Below are positions 25,882 to 40,335 of a stretch of DNA of 64,000 bases, piece after piece (position 1 is the first letter of the stretch; every line of letters starts with the position of its first letter). A program made the translations under genes and the position numbers. The DNA is taken from NCBI GenBank assembly GCA_965202585.1, contig OZ241834.1, forward strand, positions 25,854,001 through 25,918,000, written 5' to 3'. Under the pieces are notes generated by a model. It did no database searches. It was not told where the DNA came from and was given only the letters and a program-made list of their open reading frames with translations. This stretch comes from Thalia democratica (taxonomy: Eukaryota).

Positions 25882-28800
25882 ACGCTAAACAACCGGTCCT
25901 TTTTAGGACCACCATTTGAATAGAACCAGCTGTTCATGTTTACTTAAAGTACAAGAATATAAGCTTAGTACAAATAAATTCTTATTTGTGTAAATTAAAA
26001 ACTCATATACTTGAATGAACACACTTTTTTTTTTGTTTCAAATACTTTATAAACTTGTAACTCGTTATATTGTAGAAAAAGCATTGCATTAGTCTAAAAA
26101 CAGTAGTAGTGCTTGTAATCAAATAGTTTGTAAAAGATGTTCAACTAACTTGATTTCGTTGTCCGTAAGATTTTTCATCTGAATACTTTTTGTACAAAAC
26201 ACTTGTTTTTATTCATTTGCTGAAGTTCTGTTGAAACATTCAATAAATAAGTGCTTACAAAAATGTATATCACTTATAACATGCAAAAACTTAGTTGTAA
26301 CTTTATTTTAAGTTGTTGTTGATTATTAGTAACACAACCGAGCTTTAACTTTTTAAACGAGTTGTTCTTATCAATTTAACTGCAATTGAAGCCATGTAAC
26401 ACGTTTTAAAAAGTTACGAATACATAAATGAATACAAAAATGGCTGTTCAAAACAAAAAATTACAGATGTGTTTTGCAAGTAAAATAACATATTCCTTCT
26501 TTCAAAGCTAACTTCTGTTTGGCATATTCAAGAAACATTTTCAATTCAAAACATAAACACACAAAACAAACCAGCTCATTAGTTGAAACTTGGTAAAACA
26601 CAAAAAAAGTAACTGCTTGTACTTCTTTAAGTAAGTAATTTATTATTCTAGTTTTCAAAGTAAAAGATACTTGTTTTAACTAGATATGAGACAACTTAAT
26701 GACCTTTAACAACTCTAGTAGTTTGTTGAAAGTTATGTTTCTACATATCTAAAGTAATCAGGACCACCAGTTGATTTGAGCAGCTACTAATGTCGAGTAA
26801 ACAGTGTCAAACAAGCTTAAACTAAGCGACAAAAAAATGTACAAATTTATATCTACATTGTGCGTGTTGGTAAAAAGTAACAGTTAGTGTGTTTCAATAA
26901 CTTCTAAATAAACTTTCTAAAACTGAATTTCTCTGTTTTTATTTCTACTAGTTAGTTACACTTACTTTAGTTTTTGTAGTTCTACTTGACATTTTAAACT
27001 ACTTTTGATAATGTAGAATAAGTTTTTCTGATTCACTAGTATTTAAATGTTAGGTAAAAATGTTTTTCAATGGGAATTTTCTTGTTTAACTTATTGTTTA
27101 AACAAAACTTTTTCTAGTTCATTTTACTTTGTAAACTTGTTTTTCAAACACTCAATAGATATTTGTTGTTAGTTTAATAAAAAAATCAACCTGTCACTAA
27201 ATAAAAATTTATGCTTAAATAAGACATTATATTATATTTACTTTGCGTTGATACTAAAAATGCTCAATGATATTTATTTAAGGTCTGATTGTCAAATAAG
27301 TATTAGTTTTATTTATCAGAATGCAAATGAAACAATAAAAAACTGTTTAAAAGTTGAACAGTAATGTAAACAACAGTGATTGTTTAAAACAAACATACAA
27401 TTGAAATAATCTTTCTGCTTACAAAGCTCAAACTTGTTTTGTTGAACTCATTTTTTCTGTGGCAATGACAAATAACGACATGATTCCAAGGTAAAAATGG
27501 AACAGCTTGTTACCATTTTTTGTAACTCTTTTTTAAACTATGTATGAGACAACTCAAAACGACGATACTTGTTTGTTTTAAGCTATGTACTTTTTGAATC
27601 TAAAGATTAGGTGGATCACCAATTAAATACACAAGCTACTAATGACTACTAAACTCAACAACACAAATACACACACTTAATCAACTTTGTGGTGAAAAAG
27701 AATCAAAAAACTATTTCCCTCGAAACTATAAACCCATTATTTATTAAATACCTAGCTTGCTACAATTTCTCTACTATACTTTTTTTATGCAACTGTTAAG
27801 AAGGGAACTCTAGCTAGATAACTGCTCTAATCCTTACTTTATTGCTTACTATTATCGAATGCTTAGTGAAAAGCTTTAACTAACTTGAGTGTCTTTTTCG
27901 TGGCCTTTTAACTTTCTTTTCCAAATAAAACTTATTCTTATTCATGCTTACTTTGTGGACATTTTTTAATTCAATATTTCATTTGTTTTTTAGTTTATTA
28001 AAAAAAACTGTGCCTACGTCACTGTAAAAACTATTTGTATTTTTCAATGAAAATAGTACGCTTAAACAGAAATAAAAATAAAACTTTGACTTATTAACTG
28101 AAAACGTTTTAAATTGTTAATAACAAACAATGTTTAGTGTCCTTAAAAAATACTGTTCAATTACAATTAAACTACAACTGAAACATGCTTAACAATTCAA
28201 AACTGGTGTAACACATAAATGTAAACAACATCGTTTGTTCAAAAGAAAGAGAACTTTATTAACAAGTACACAATTTACAAAACAAAATACCTTAATAAAA
28301 TGATGAACTTGTATAAATAAATCTTTTATTTTACAAAGCTTACATCTACTTACTTAATTTAAGCTTTCTAATCTTGTCAAGCATATGAAATAAACCAATT
28401 GATTAGCTGAAACATGGTACAAAGAAAAGAAGTAAAAAACTTGTTACCACTTGTTAGTTACCCTTATGTACGCTATAAATAAGAAAACTAAAATTACTGT
28501 AACTTGTTGCTTTAAGCTGTGTAGTTTTTATAAATCTAAAGAAGAAGAAAAATTGGACAAAGCAAGACAAAAACTTTTTTAGCCTTCATTTTTTTACAGC
28601 TTATTATGTGATAGTACAAGTTCCATAATAGGCAAACAACAATGTAAAACTTTGAATCAAGCAAATACTTTGTTTTATATGGTCTATAATTGAATAAGAT
28701 AACAGTTACTTTGTTTCAAGTTTATATGTTATTGCTACAACAGCTAGTTCTTAACGACATGCGAGAATAAAATGCAACTTATCCTAAGCTGTGTTTTTAA

Positions 28801-30383
28801 CTACATTAACAGTAAGTTAGAGATAACTAGTTACGAATTTTGAAAAGCAAAACATTTAGTCAATGAAATCAATGGTAAAAGAACATTATGATTAATCTAG
28901 GTTGAGTAAACTAGGAAATCACTATTAGCAGTAAAGCAGTTAAAACACATGTTTAACTTGGTAAACACTTCAATCGTAAACTTTAAAAAACAGTACTGTT
29001 GTTGTTTCAAAATATGTGTCAAGAAAGTAGTAAGTTGTTCTATGTTGTTTCGACTGACTTTAAAACTTTATGAGAAGTGACAAAACAAAGTTTGAAAAAA
29101 AAACTTAGTTGCATTATTTCCAGTTTAAAAGTTTCAAAGATAGATTGAAAGGTTATGAGTGCTGATTGTAAACAAAGCTTTATTCAAACACTAAGTTTGT
29201 CAATCTTATTTCAAAACTTTTTCATTTCGATTTTCTTACTCGATTTTATTTTGTATATAATGCTGCTTAAAAAATAAACCAACCTCTTTTTTTACGTACA
29301 ATTTTTCATCCAAAAGATATCAGCTTTTGTTTAAGTTCAAATTTAGTGCTAGTGTTCATAAGCTTTTTCGACTTATTTACTTCTTTGAATTTAATTAACT
29401 TTATTTTGTTTGAAAAATTTACAACCAAATCCATTTGTTCACTTTTATCAGCACACTTTATTCGGTTGAAATCTGCAAAGTTAAAGTTCTTAGTTTGATC
29501 AAAGTTTAAGTTTAACGAGCAAAATTGCATCAGTTATTTTTTAAACTGTATAACAGCTTGAATCAGTTGTTTGAAACACTAATCGAATGTTAAACTACTT
29601 ACCTGTTAAACTAGTTTTTCATATACACTGAAAAATAAAATTTGTGTTTAAATGTAGTTTACAACTTTAAACACGTATCATCATAGTTACTGTACAGCAC
29701 GTTTTTGAAAGGTTGTTTGGAAAACATTGTTGTAAGGTAAGTTACTAGTATGTGCAAGAACAAAGTTATCTAGTTGTCTGTTTAATAAAAGGTTTGAGTA
29801 CATTGCTTATGAGTAATCATAACTAGTAAAGCTAAACAAAATGAACTCTTTTATTCTTTTGGAATTACTTTTTACACATTAGTTTAAACTGTAATTAACT
29901 TGAACATACTTGATAGAACTTACGATTAACAAAACTCCATGAAATCGATATAATGAAATTTTGTTTAAGTTTGAGGTAAAAAAAAAACCTTGTGCTTTGT
30001 TAAAACTTTATTACTTTAGGTGAGCGGCAAAGGAAAACTCAGTCGGCAGTGTGTTAACATGTTTTGTTTCATTTATGTTTTTCTTAATGTATTTAGAGGT
30101 GTGCTGTAAGATACAGGCTGTTATTTCTGGACTTTTCAAACTAATCCTTTAAAAAAAATTACTTTTAGAACAAGTTAGATATGGTTTCTTTCTTACTGGA
30201 ACTTTTTCAACATTCGTAATAAGACGACTAAGTTTTTATAAGCATATATGTCTTAAACAAACATGCTAATGCTTATATTAAGAAGTAAAAGGTACCTTGC
30301 AAAGCATAACTGCTCAACAGTCAATTCGTCACAGTCAGTAACTCTTGCAAGTATCGTTTTGGTGGCTTTAATATTCATTCATC

Positions 30384-30944
30384 ATGTCTACCACAGCAGT
30401 AGCAGCAGTACCAGCGCCAGCCGCAGCCAGGTCTTCCAAGAGACCAAGCGCCAAGAAGGCAGAGCACCCTACTTACAGGGAAATGATTAGCTCTGCCCTT
30501 GGAGCAATGAAGGAACGAAAAGGTACATCCCGCCAGAAGATACAAAAGTTTATCGCGGACACCTACAAGCTTGACCTCACAGCTTCCAATTCTCACTTGA
30601 AGAGAGCACTTACCAGCGGCGTGACCAAAGGTGCTTTTCTCCAGACAACTGGAAAAGGCGCTTCTGGCTCGTTCAAGCTTGCTCCAATGCCAGCTGCTGG
30701 GCCCAAGAAGAGGACAAAGAAAGTAGCTAAAAAGCCAGCAGCAAAGAAGGCCCCAGCTAAAAAACCAAAAAAGAAGTGTGCTCCCAAGAAGGCTGCAAAA
30801 AAACCAGCAGCCAAAAAGCGACCTGCTAAAAAGTGCGCTCCTAAGAAGGCAGCATCTAAAAAAGCTGCAAGCAAGAAGAAGAAAGTAACCAAGAAGAAGC
30901 CGGCAGCCAAAAAAGCATCCAAGAAGAAGAGCTGCAAAAAATAA
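30384..30944 (+). CDS. H1: Histone H1, copy 4 (186 aa)
   Basis: Same protein as copy 3. Confidence 0.96.
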   Translation: MSTTAVAAVPAPAAARSSKRPSAKKAEHPTYREMISSALGAMKERKGTSRQKIQKFIADTYKLDLTASNSHLKRALTSGVTKGAFLQTTGKGASGSFKLAPMPAAGPKKRTKKVAKKPAAKKAPAKKPKKKCAPKKAAKKPAAKKRPAKKCAPKKAASKKAASKKKKVTKKKPAAKKASKKKSCKK

Positions 30945-31044
30945 TTTGTTCTTTTACCCAAGGTCCTTTTCAGGACCACTCAAACAAAATATAACGTAAC
31001 TCAAAATGCATAAAACAATGCTAAGTTGAAAATATGCAAATTAG

Positions 31045-31536
<492 letters not shown>

Positions 31537-31688
31537 GCGTTAGCTAAAACCGGTCCTTTTCAGGGCCACCTTAAAACTTTGACAGTGAGAAAAACTTAAC
31601 CGAACGAAAAAATGTAAGTTAAGAGACTTTTTTGAGTATGCAAATTAGTTAGTAGTAACCGTACGCGTCCGTAACAGCTTGTATATAA

Positions 31689-32036
<348 letters not shown>

Positions 32037-32218
32037 TCGCTTTTAGCAAACCCGGTCCTTTTTAGGACCACCTAATTCAATATAAAAGTTTTACAACATT
32101 CTTGACAAGATTAAGCATTAGCTATCTGATATGCAAATTAGTTTTTCGTTCGACGCGGTTAGGTATGAGTTGTATATTGAGCTGTGCAAGCTATCATCAC
32201 AATCATTCGAACAACAAA

Positions 32219-32599
32219 ATGTCAGGACGTGGTAAAGGATCAAAACTCAAATCTAAGCCGAAGAGCAGGTCTTCCCGTGCAGGACTGCAGTTTCCAGTCG
32301 GTCGCGTGCACCGCCTGTTGCGCACCGGCAACTACAGCCAAAGAGTCGGAGCTGGTGCTCCAGTTTATCTGGCTGCCGTTCTCGAGTACTTGAGCGCAGA
32401 AGTGCTCGAGCTTGCCGGTAACGCTGCTCGTGACAACAAGAAAAGCAGGATCATTCCTCGCCATTTGCAACTAGCTATTCGCAACGACGAAGAGTTGAAC
32501 AAACTTCTCGGCGGCGTCACAATTGCTCAAGGTGGTGTTCTTCCAAACATCCAGGCAGTACTATTGCCTAAGAAGACCGCTTCAAAAAAGTCAGCCTAA
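32219..32599 (+). CDS. H2A: Histone H2A, copy 4
   Basis: Same protein from MSGRGK. Confidence 0.97.
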   Translation: MSGRGKGSKLKSKPKSRSSRAGLQFPVGRVHRLLRTGNYSQRVGAGAPVYLAAVLEYLSAEVLELAGNAARDNKKSRIIPRHLQLAIRNDEELNKLLGGVTIAQGGVLPNIQAVLLPKKTASKKSA

Positions 32600-32763
32600 G
32601 TTAAAAAAAACCAGGTCCTTTTCAGGACCACCAAAAATATTTACAACAAACGAGAGAATTGTGAAGTGAGAGAAACCAGCTATCGTTCGCGTACGGAACT
32701 ATGCTAATTTGCATAATTTTTCAGGATATAAACTGGCGCCGAGACAGAAGTCCACGCATCATC

Positions 32764-33123
32764 ATGACAGCAACCAAAGGCGCGAAGAAGTCAGTAGCCA
32801 AGACCGCTCCGGTCGACGGCAAGAAGAAGCGAAGGAGGAGGAACAAAGAAAGCTTTGGCATCTACGTGTACAAAGTTTTGAAGCAAGTGCACCCCGACAC
32901 CGGAATTTCCAGCAAGGCAATGGGAATCATGAACTCATTTGTCAACGACATCTTCGAGCGCATTGCAGCAGAGGCTTCACGTTTGGCTCATTACAACAAG
33001 AGGTCAACTGTTAGCAGCCGCGAAATTCAAACTGCTGTCAGGCTCTTGCTCCCCGGCGAGTTGTCAAAGCACGCAGTTTCAGAAGGAACTAAAGCTGTTA
33101 CCAAATACACCAGCTCAAAATAA
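32764..33123 (+). CDS. H2B: Histone H2B, copy 4
   Basis: Same protein from MTATKG. Confidence 0.96.
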   Translation: MTATKGAKKSVAKTAPVDGKKKRRRRNKESFGIYVYKVLKQVHPDTGISSKAMGIMNSFVNDIFERIAAEASRLAHYNKRSTVSSREIQTAVRLLLPGELSKHAVSEGTKAVTKYTSSK

Positions 33124-36100
33124 ACGCTAAACAACCGGTCCTTTTTAGGACCACCATTTGAATAGAACCAGCTGTTCATGTTTACTTAAAGTACAAGAAT
33201 ATAAGCTTAGTACAAATAAATTCTTATTTGTGTAAATTAAAAACTCATATACTTGAATGAACACACTTTTTTTTTTGTTTCAAATACTTTATAAACTTGT
33301 AACTCGTTATATTGTAGAAAAAGCATTGCATTAGTCTAAAAACAGTAGTAGTGCTTGTAATCAAATAGTTTGTAAAAGATGTTCAACTAACTTGATTTCG
33401 TTGTCCGTAAGATTTTTCATCTGAATACTTTTTGTACAAAACACTTGTTTTTATTCATTTGCTGAAGTTCTGTTGAAACATTCAATAAATAAGTGCTTAC
33501 AAAAATGTATATCACTTATAACATGCAAAAACTTAGTTGTAACTTTATTTTAAGTTGTTGTTGATTATTAGTAACACAACCGAGCTTTAACTTTTTAAAC
33601 GAGTTGTTCTTATCAATTTAACTGCAATTGAAGCCATGTAACACGTTTTAAAAAGTTACGAATACATAAATGAATACAAAAATGGCTGTTCAAAACAAAA
33701 AATTACAGATGTGTTTTGCAAGTAAAATAACATATTCCTTCTTTCAAAGCTAACTTCTGTTTGGCATATTCAAGAAACATTTTCAATTCAAAACATAAAC
33801 ACACAAAACAAACCAGCTCATTAGTTGAAACTTGGTAAAACACAAAAAAAGTAACTGCTTGTACTTCTTTAAGTAAGTAATTTATTATTCTAGTTTTCAA
33901 AGTAAAAGATACTTGTTTTAACTAGATATGAGACAACTTAATGACCTTTAACAACTCTAGTAGTTTGTTGAAAGTTATGTTTCTACATATCTAAAGTAAT
34001 CAGGACCACCAGTTGATTTAAGCAGCTACTAATGTCGAGTAAACAGTGTCAAACAAGCTTAAACTAAGCGACAAAAAAATGTACAAATTTATATCTACAT
34101 TGTGCGTGTTGGTAAAAAGTAACAGTTAGTGTGTTTCAATAACTTCTAAATAAACTTTCTAAAACTGAATTTCTCTGTTTTTATTTCTACTAGTTAGTTA
34201 CACTTACTTTAGTTTTTGTAGTTCTACTTGACATTTTAAACTACTTTTGATAATGTAGAATAAGTTTTTCTGATTCACTAGTATTTAAATGTTAGGTAAA
34301 AATGTTTTTCAATGGGAATTTTCTTGTTTAACTTATTGTTTAAACAAAACTTTTTCTAGTTCATTTTACTTTGTAAACTTGTTTTTCAAACACTCAATAG
34401 ATATTTGTTGTTAGTTTAATAAAAAAATCAACCTGTCACTAAATAAAAATTTATGCTTAAATAAGACATTATATTATATTTACTTTGCGTTGATACTAAA
34501 AATGCTCAATGATATTTATTTAAGGTCTGATTGTCAAATAAGTATTAGTTTTATTTATCAGAATGCAAATGAAACAATAAAAAACTGTTTAAAAGTTGAA
34601 CAGTAATGTAAACAACAGTGATTGTTTAAAACAAACATACAATTGAAATAATCTTTCTGCTTACAAAGCTCAAACTTGTTTTGTTGAACTCATTTTTTCT
34701 GTGGCAATGACAAATAACGACATGATTCCAAGGTAAAAATGGAACAGCTTGTTACCATTTTTTGTAACTCTTTTTTAAACTATGTATGAGACAACTCAAA
34801 ACGACGATACTTGTTTGTTTTAAGCTATGTACTTTTTGAATCTAAAGATTAGGTGGATCACCAATTAAATACACAAGCTACTAATGACTACTAAACTCAA
34901 CAACACAAATACACACACTTAATCAACTTTGTGGTGAAAAAGAATCAAAAAACTATTTCCCTCGAAACTATAAACCCATTATTTATTAAATACCTAGCTT
35001 GCTACAATTTCTCTACTATACTTTTTTTATGCAACTGTTAAGAAGGGAACTCTAGCTAGATAACTGCTCTAATCCTTACTTTATTGCTTACTATTATCGA
35101 ATGCTTAGTGAAAAGCTTTAACTAACTTGAGTGTCTTTTTCGTGGCCTTTTAACTTTCTTTTCCAAATAAAACTTATTCTTATTCATGCTTACTTTGTGG
35201 ACATTTTTTAATTCAATATTTCATTTGTTTTTTAGTTTATTAAAAAAAACTGTGCCTACGTCACTGTAAAAACTATTTGTATTTTTCAATGAAAATAGTA
35301 CGCTTAAACAGAAATAAAAATAAAACTTTGACTTATTAACTGAAAACGTTTTAAATTGTTAATAACAAACAATGTTTAGTGTCCTTAAAAAATACTGTTC
35401 AATTACAATTAAACTACAACTGAAACATGCTTAACAATTCAAAACTGGTGTAACACATAAATGTAAACAACATCGTTTGTTCAAAAGAAAGAGAACTTTA
35501 TTAACAAGTACACAATTTACAAAACAAAATACCTTAATAAAATGATGAACTTGTATAAATAAATCTTTTATTTTACAAAGCTTACATCTACTTACTTAAT
35601 TTAAGCTTTCTAATCTTGTCAAGCATATGAAATAAACCAATTGATTAGCTGAAACATGGTACAAAGAAAAGAAGTAAAAAACTTGTTACCACTTGTTAGT
35701 TACCCTTATGTACGCTATAAATAAGAAAACTAAAATTACTGTAACTTGTTGCTTTAAGCTGTGTAGTTTTTATAAATCTAAAGAAGAAGAAAAATTGGAC
35801 AAAGCAAGACAAAAACTTTTTTAGCCTTCATTTTTTTACAGCTTATTATGTGATAGTACAAGTTCCATAATAGGCAAACAACAATGTAAAACTTTGAATC
35901 AAGCAAATACTTTGTTTTATATGGTCTATAATTGAATAAGATAACAGTTACTTTGTTTCAAGTTTATATGTTATTGCTACAACAGCTAGTTCTTAACGAC
36001 ATGCGAGAATAAAATGCAACTTATCCTAAGCTGTGTTTTTAACTACATTAACAGTAAGTTAGAGATAACTAGTTACGAATTTTGAAAAGCAAAACATTTA

Positions 36101-37625
36101 GTCAATGAAATCAATGGTAAAAGAACATTATGATTAATCTAGGTTGAGTAAACTAGGAAATCACTATTAGCAGTAAAGCAGTTAAAACACATGTTTAACT
36201 TGGTAAACACTTCAATCGTAAACTTTAAAAAACAGTACTGTTGTTGTTTCAAAATATGTGTCAAGAAAGTAGTAAGTTGTTCTATGTTGTTTCGACTGAC
36301 TTTAAAACTTTATGAGAAGTGACAAAACAAAGTTTGAAAAAAAAACTTAGTTGCATTATTTCCAGTTTAAAAGTTTCAAAGATAGATTGAAAGGTTATGA
36401 GTGCTGATTGTAAACAAAGCTTTATTCAAACACTAAGTTTGTCAATCTTATTTCAAAACTTTTTCATTTCGATTTTCTTACTCGATTTTATTTTGTATAT
36501 AATGCTGCTTAAAAAATAAACCAACCTCTTTTTTTACGTACAATTTTTCATCCAAAAGATATCAGCTTTTGTTTAAGTTCAAATTTAGTGCTAGTGTTCA
36601 TAAGCTTTTTCGACTTATTTACTTCTTTGAATTTAATTAACTTTATTTTGTTTGAAAAATTTACAACCAAATCCATTTGTTCACTTTTATCAGCACACTT
36701 TATTCGGTTGAAATCTGCAAAGTTAAAGTTCTTAGTTTGATCAAAGTTTAAGTTTAACGAGCAAAATTGCATCAGTTATTTTTTAAACTGTATAACAGCT
36801 TGAATCAGTTGTTTGAAACACTAATCGAATGTTAAACTACTTACCTGTTAAACTAGTTTTTCATATACACTGAAAAATAAAATTTGTGTTTAAATGTAGT
36901 TTACAACTTTAAACACGTATCATCATAGTTACTGTACAGCACGTTTTTGAAAGGTTGTTTGGAAAACATTGTTGTAAGGTAAGTTACTAGTATGTGCAAG
37001 AACAAAGTTATCTAGTTGTCTGTTTAATAAAAGGTTTGAGTACATTGCTTATGAGTAATCATAACTAGTAAAGCTAAACAAAATGAACTCTTTTATTCTT
37101 TTGGAATTACTTTTTACACATTAGTTTAAACTGTAATTAACTTGAACATACTTGATAGAACTTACGATTAACAAAACTCCATGAAATCGATATAATGAAA
37201 TTTTGTTTAAGTTTGAGGTAAAAAAAAAACCTTGTGCTTTGTTAAAACTTTATTACTTTAGGTGAGCGGCAAAGGAAAACTCAGTCGGCAGTGTGTTAAC
37301 ATGTTTTGTTTCATTTATGTTTTTCTTAATGTATTTAGAGGTGTGCTGTAAGATACAGGCTGTTATTTCTGGACTTTTCAAACTAATCCTTTAAAAAAAA
37401 TTACTTTTAGAACAAGTTAGATATGGTTTCTTTCTTACTGGAACTTTTTCAACATTCGTAATAAGACGACTAAGTTTTTATAAGCATATATGTCTTAAAC
37501 AAACATGCTAATGCTTATATTAAGAAGTAAAAGGTACCTTGCAAAGCATAACTGCTCAACAGTCAATTCGTCACAGTCAGTAACTCTTGCAAGTATCGTT
37601 TTGGTGGCTTTAATATTCATTCATC

Positions 37626-38156
37626 ATGTCTACCACAGCAGTAGCAGCAGTACCAGCGCCAGCCGCAGCCAGGTCTTCCAAGAGACCAAGCGCCAAGAAG
37701 GCAGAGCACCCTACTTACAGGGAAATGATTAGCTCTGCCCTTGGAGCAATGAAGGAACGAAAAGGTACATCCCGCCAGAAGATACAAAAGTTTATCGCGG
37801 ACACCTACAAGCTTGACCTCACAGCTTCCAATTCTCACTTGAAGAGAGCACTTACCAGCGGCGTGACCAAAGGTGCTTTTCTCCAGACAACTGGAAAAGG
37901 CGCTTCTGGCTCGTTCAAGCTTGCTCCAATGCCAGCTGCTGGGCCCAAGAAGAGGACAAAGAAAGTAGCTAAAAAACCAAAAAAGAAGTGTGCTCCCAAG
38001 AAGGCTGCAAAAAAACCAGCAGCCAAAAAGCGACCTGCTAAAAAGTGCGCTCCTAAGAAGGCAGCATCTAAAAAAGCTGCAAGCAAGAAGAAGAAAGTAA
38101 CCAAGAAGAAGCCGGCAGCCAAAAAAGCATCCAAGAAGAAGAGCTGCAAAAAATAA
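37626..38156 (+). CDS. H1: Histone H1, copy 5 (176 aa; in-frame 30-bp tail deletion)
   Basis: Lacks PAAKKAPAKK relative to the 186-aa form. Confidence 0.96.
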   Translation: MSTTAVAAVPAPAAARSSKRPSAKKAEHPTYREMISSALGAMKERKGTSRQKIQKFIADTYKLDLTASNSHLKRALTSGVTKGAFLQTTGKGASGSFKLAPMPAAGPKKRTKKVAKKPKKKCAPKKAAKKPAAKKRPAKKCAPKKAASKKAASKKKKVTKKKPAAKKASKKKSCKK

Positions 38157-38256
38157 GTTGTTCTTTTACCCAAGGTCCTTTTCAGGACCACTCAAACAAA
38201 ATATAACGTAACTCAAAATGCATAAAACAATGCTAAGTTGAAAATATGCAAATTAG

Positions 38257-38748
<492 letters not shown>

Positions 38749-38900
38749 GCGTTAGCTAAAACCGGTCCTTTTCAGGGCCACCTTAAAACTTTGACAGTGA
38801 GAAAAACTTAACCGAACGAAAAAATGTAAGTTAAGAGACTTTTTTGAGTATGCAAATTAGTTAGTAGTAACCGTACGCGTCCGTAACAGCTTGTATATAA

Positions 38901-39248
<348 letters not shown>

Positions 39249-39430
39249 TCGCTTTTAGCAAACCCGGTCCTTTTTAGGACCACCTAATTCAATATAAAAG
39301 TTTTACAACATTCTTGACAAGATTAAGCATTAGCTATCTGATATGCAAATTAGTTTTTCGTTCGACGCGGTTAGGTATGAGTTGTATATGGAGCTGTGCA
39401 AGCTATCATCACAATCATTCGAACAACAAA

Positions 39431-39811
39431 ATGTCAGGACGTGGTAAAGGATCAAAACTCAAATCTAAGCCGAAGAGCAGGTCTTCCCGTGCAGGACTGC
39501 AGTTTCCAGTCGGTCGCGTGCACCGCCTGTTGCGCACCGGCAACTACAGCCAAAGAGTCGGAGCTGGTGCTCCAGTTTATCTGGCTGCCGTTCTCGAGTA
39601 CTTGAGCGCAGAAGTGCTCGAGCTTGCCGGTAACGCTGCTCGTGACAACAAGAAAAGCAGGATCATTCCTCGCCATTTGCAACTAGCTATTCGCAACGAC
39701 GAAGAGTTGAACAAACTTCTCGGCGGCGTCACAATTGCTCAAGGTGGTGTTCTTCCAAACATCCAGGCAGTACTATTGCCTAAGAAGACCGCTTCAAAAA
39801 AGTCAGCCTAA
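39431..39811 (+). CDS. H2A: Histone H2A, copy 5
   Basis: Same protein from MSGRGK. Confidence 0.97.
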   Translation: MSGRGKGSKLKSKPKSRSSRAGLQFPVGRVHRLLRTGNYSQRVGAGAPVYLAAVLEYLSAEVLELAGNAARDNKKSRIIPRHLQLAIRNDEELNKLLGGVTIAQGGVLPNIQAVLLPKKTASKKSA

Positions 39812-39975
39812 GTTAAAAAAAACCAGGTCCTTTTCAGGACCACCAAAAATATTTACAACAAACGAGAGAATTGTGAAGTGAGAGAAACCAGCTATCGTTC
39901 GCGTACGGAACTATGCTAATTTGCATAATTTTTCAGGATATAAACTGGCGCCGAGACAGAAGTCCACGCATCATC

Positions 39976-40335
39976 ATGACAGCAACCAAAGGCGCGAAGA
40001 AGTCAGTAGCCAAGACCGCTCCGGTCGACGGCAAGAAGAAGCGAAGGAGGAGGAACAAAGAAAGCTTTGGCATCTACGTGTACAAAGTTTTGAAGCAAGT
40101 GCACCCCGACACCGGAATTTCCAGCAAGGCAATGGGAATCATGAACTCATTTGTCAACGACATCTTCGAGCGCATTGCAGCAGAGGCTTCACGTTTGGCT
40201 CATTACAACAAGAGGTCAACTGTTAGCAGCCGCGAAATTCAAACTGCTGTCAGGCTCTTGCTCCCCGGCGAGTTGTCAAAGCACGCAGTTTCAGAAGGAA
40301 CTAAAGCTGTTACCAAATACACCAGCTCAAAATAA
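39976..40335 (+). CDS. H2B: Histone H2B, copy 5
   Basis: Same protein from MTATKG. Confidence 0.96.
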   Translation: MTATKGAKKSVAKTAPVDGKKKRRRRNKESFGIYVYKVLKQVHPDTGISSKAMGIMNSFVNDIFERIAAEASRLAHYNKRSTVSSREIQTAVRLLLPGELSKHAVSEGTKAVTKYTSSK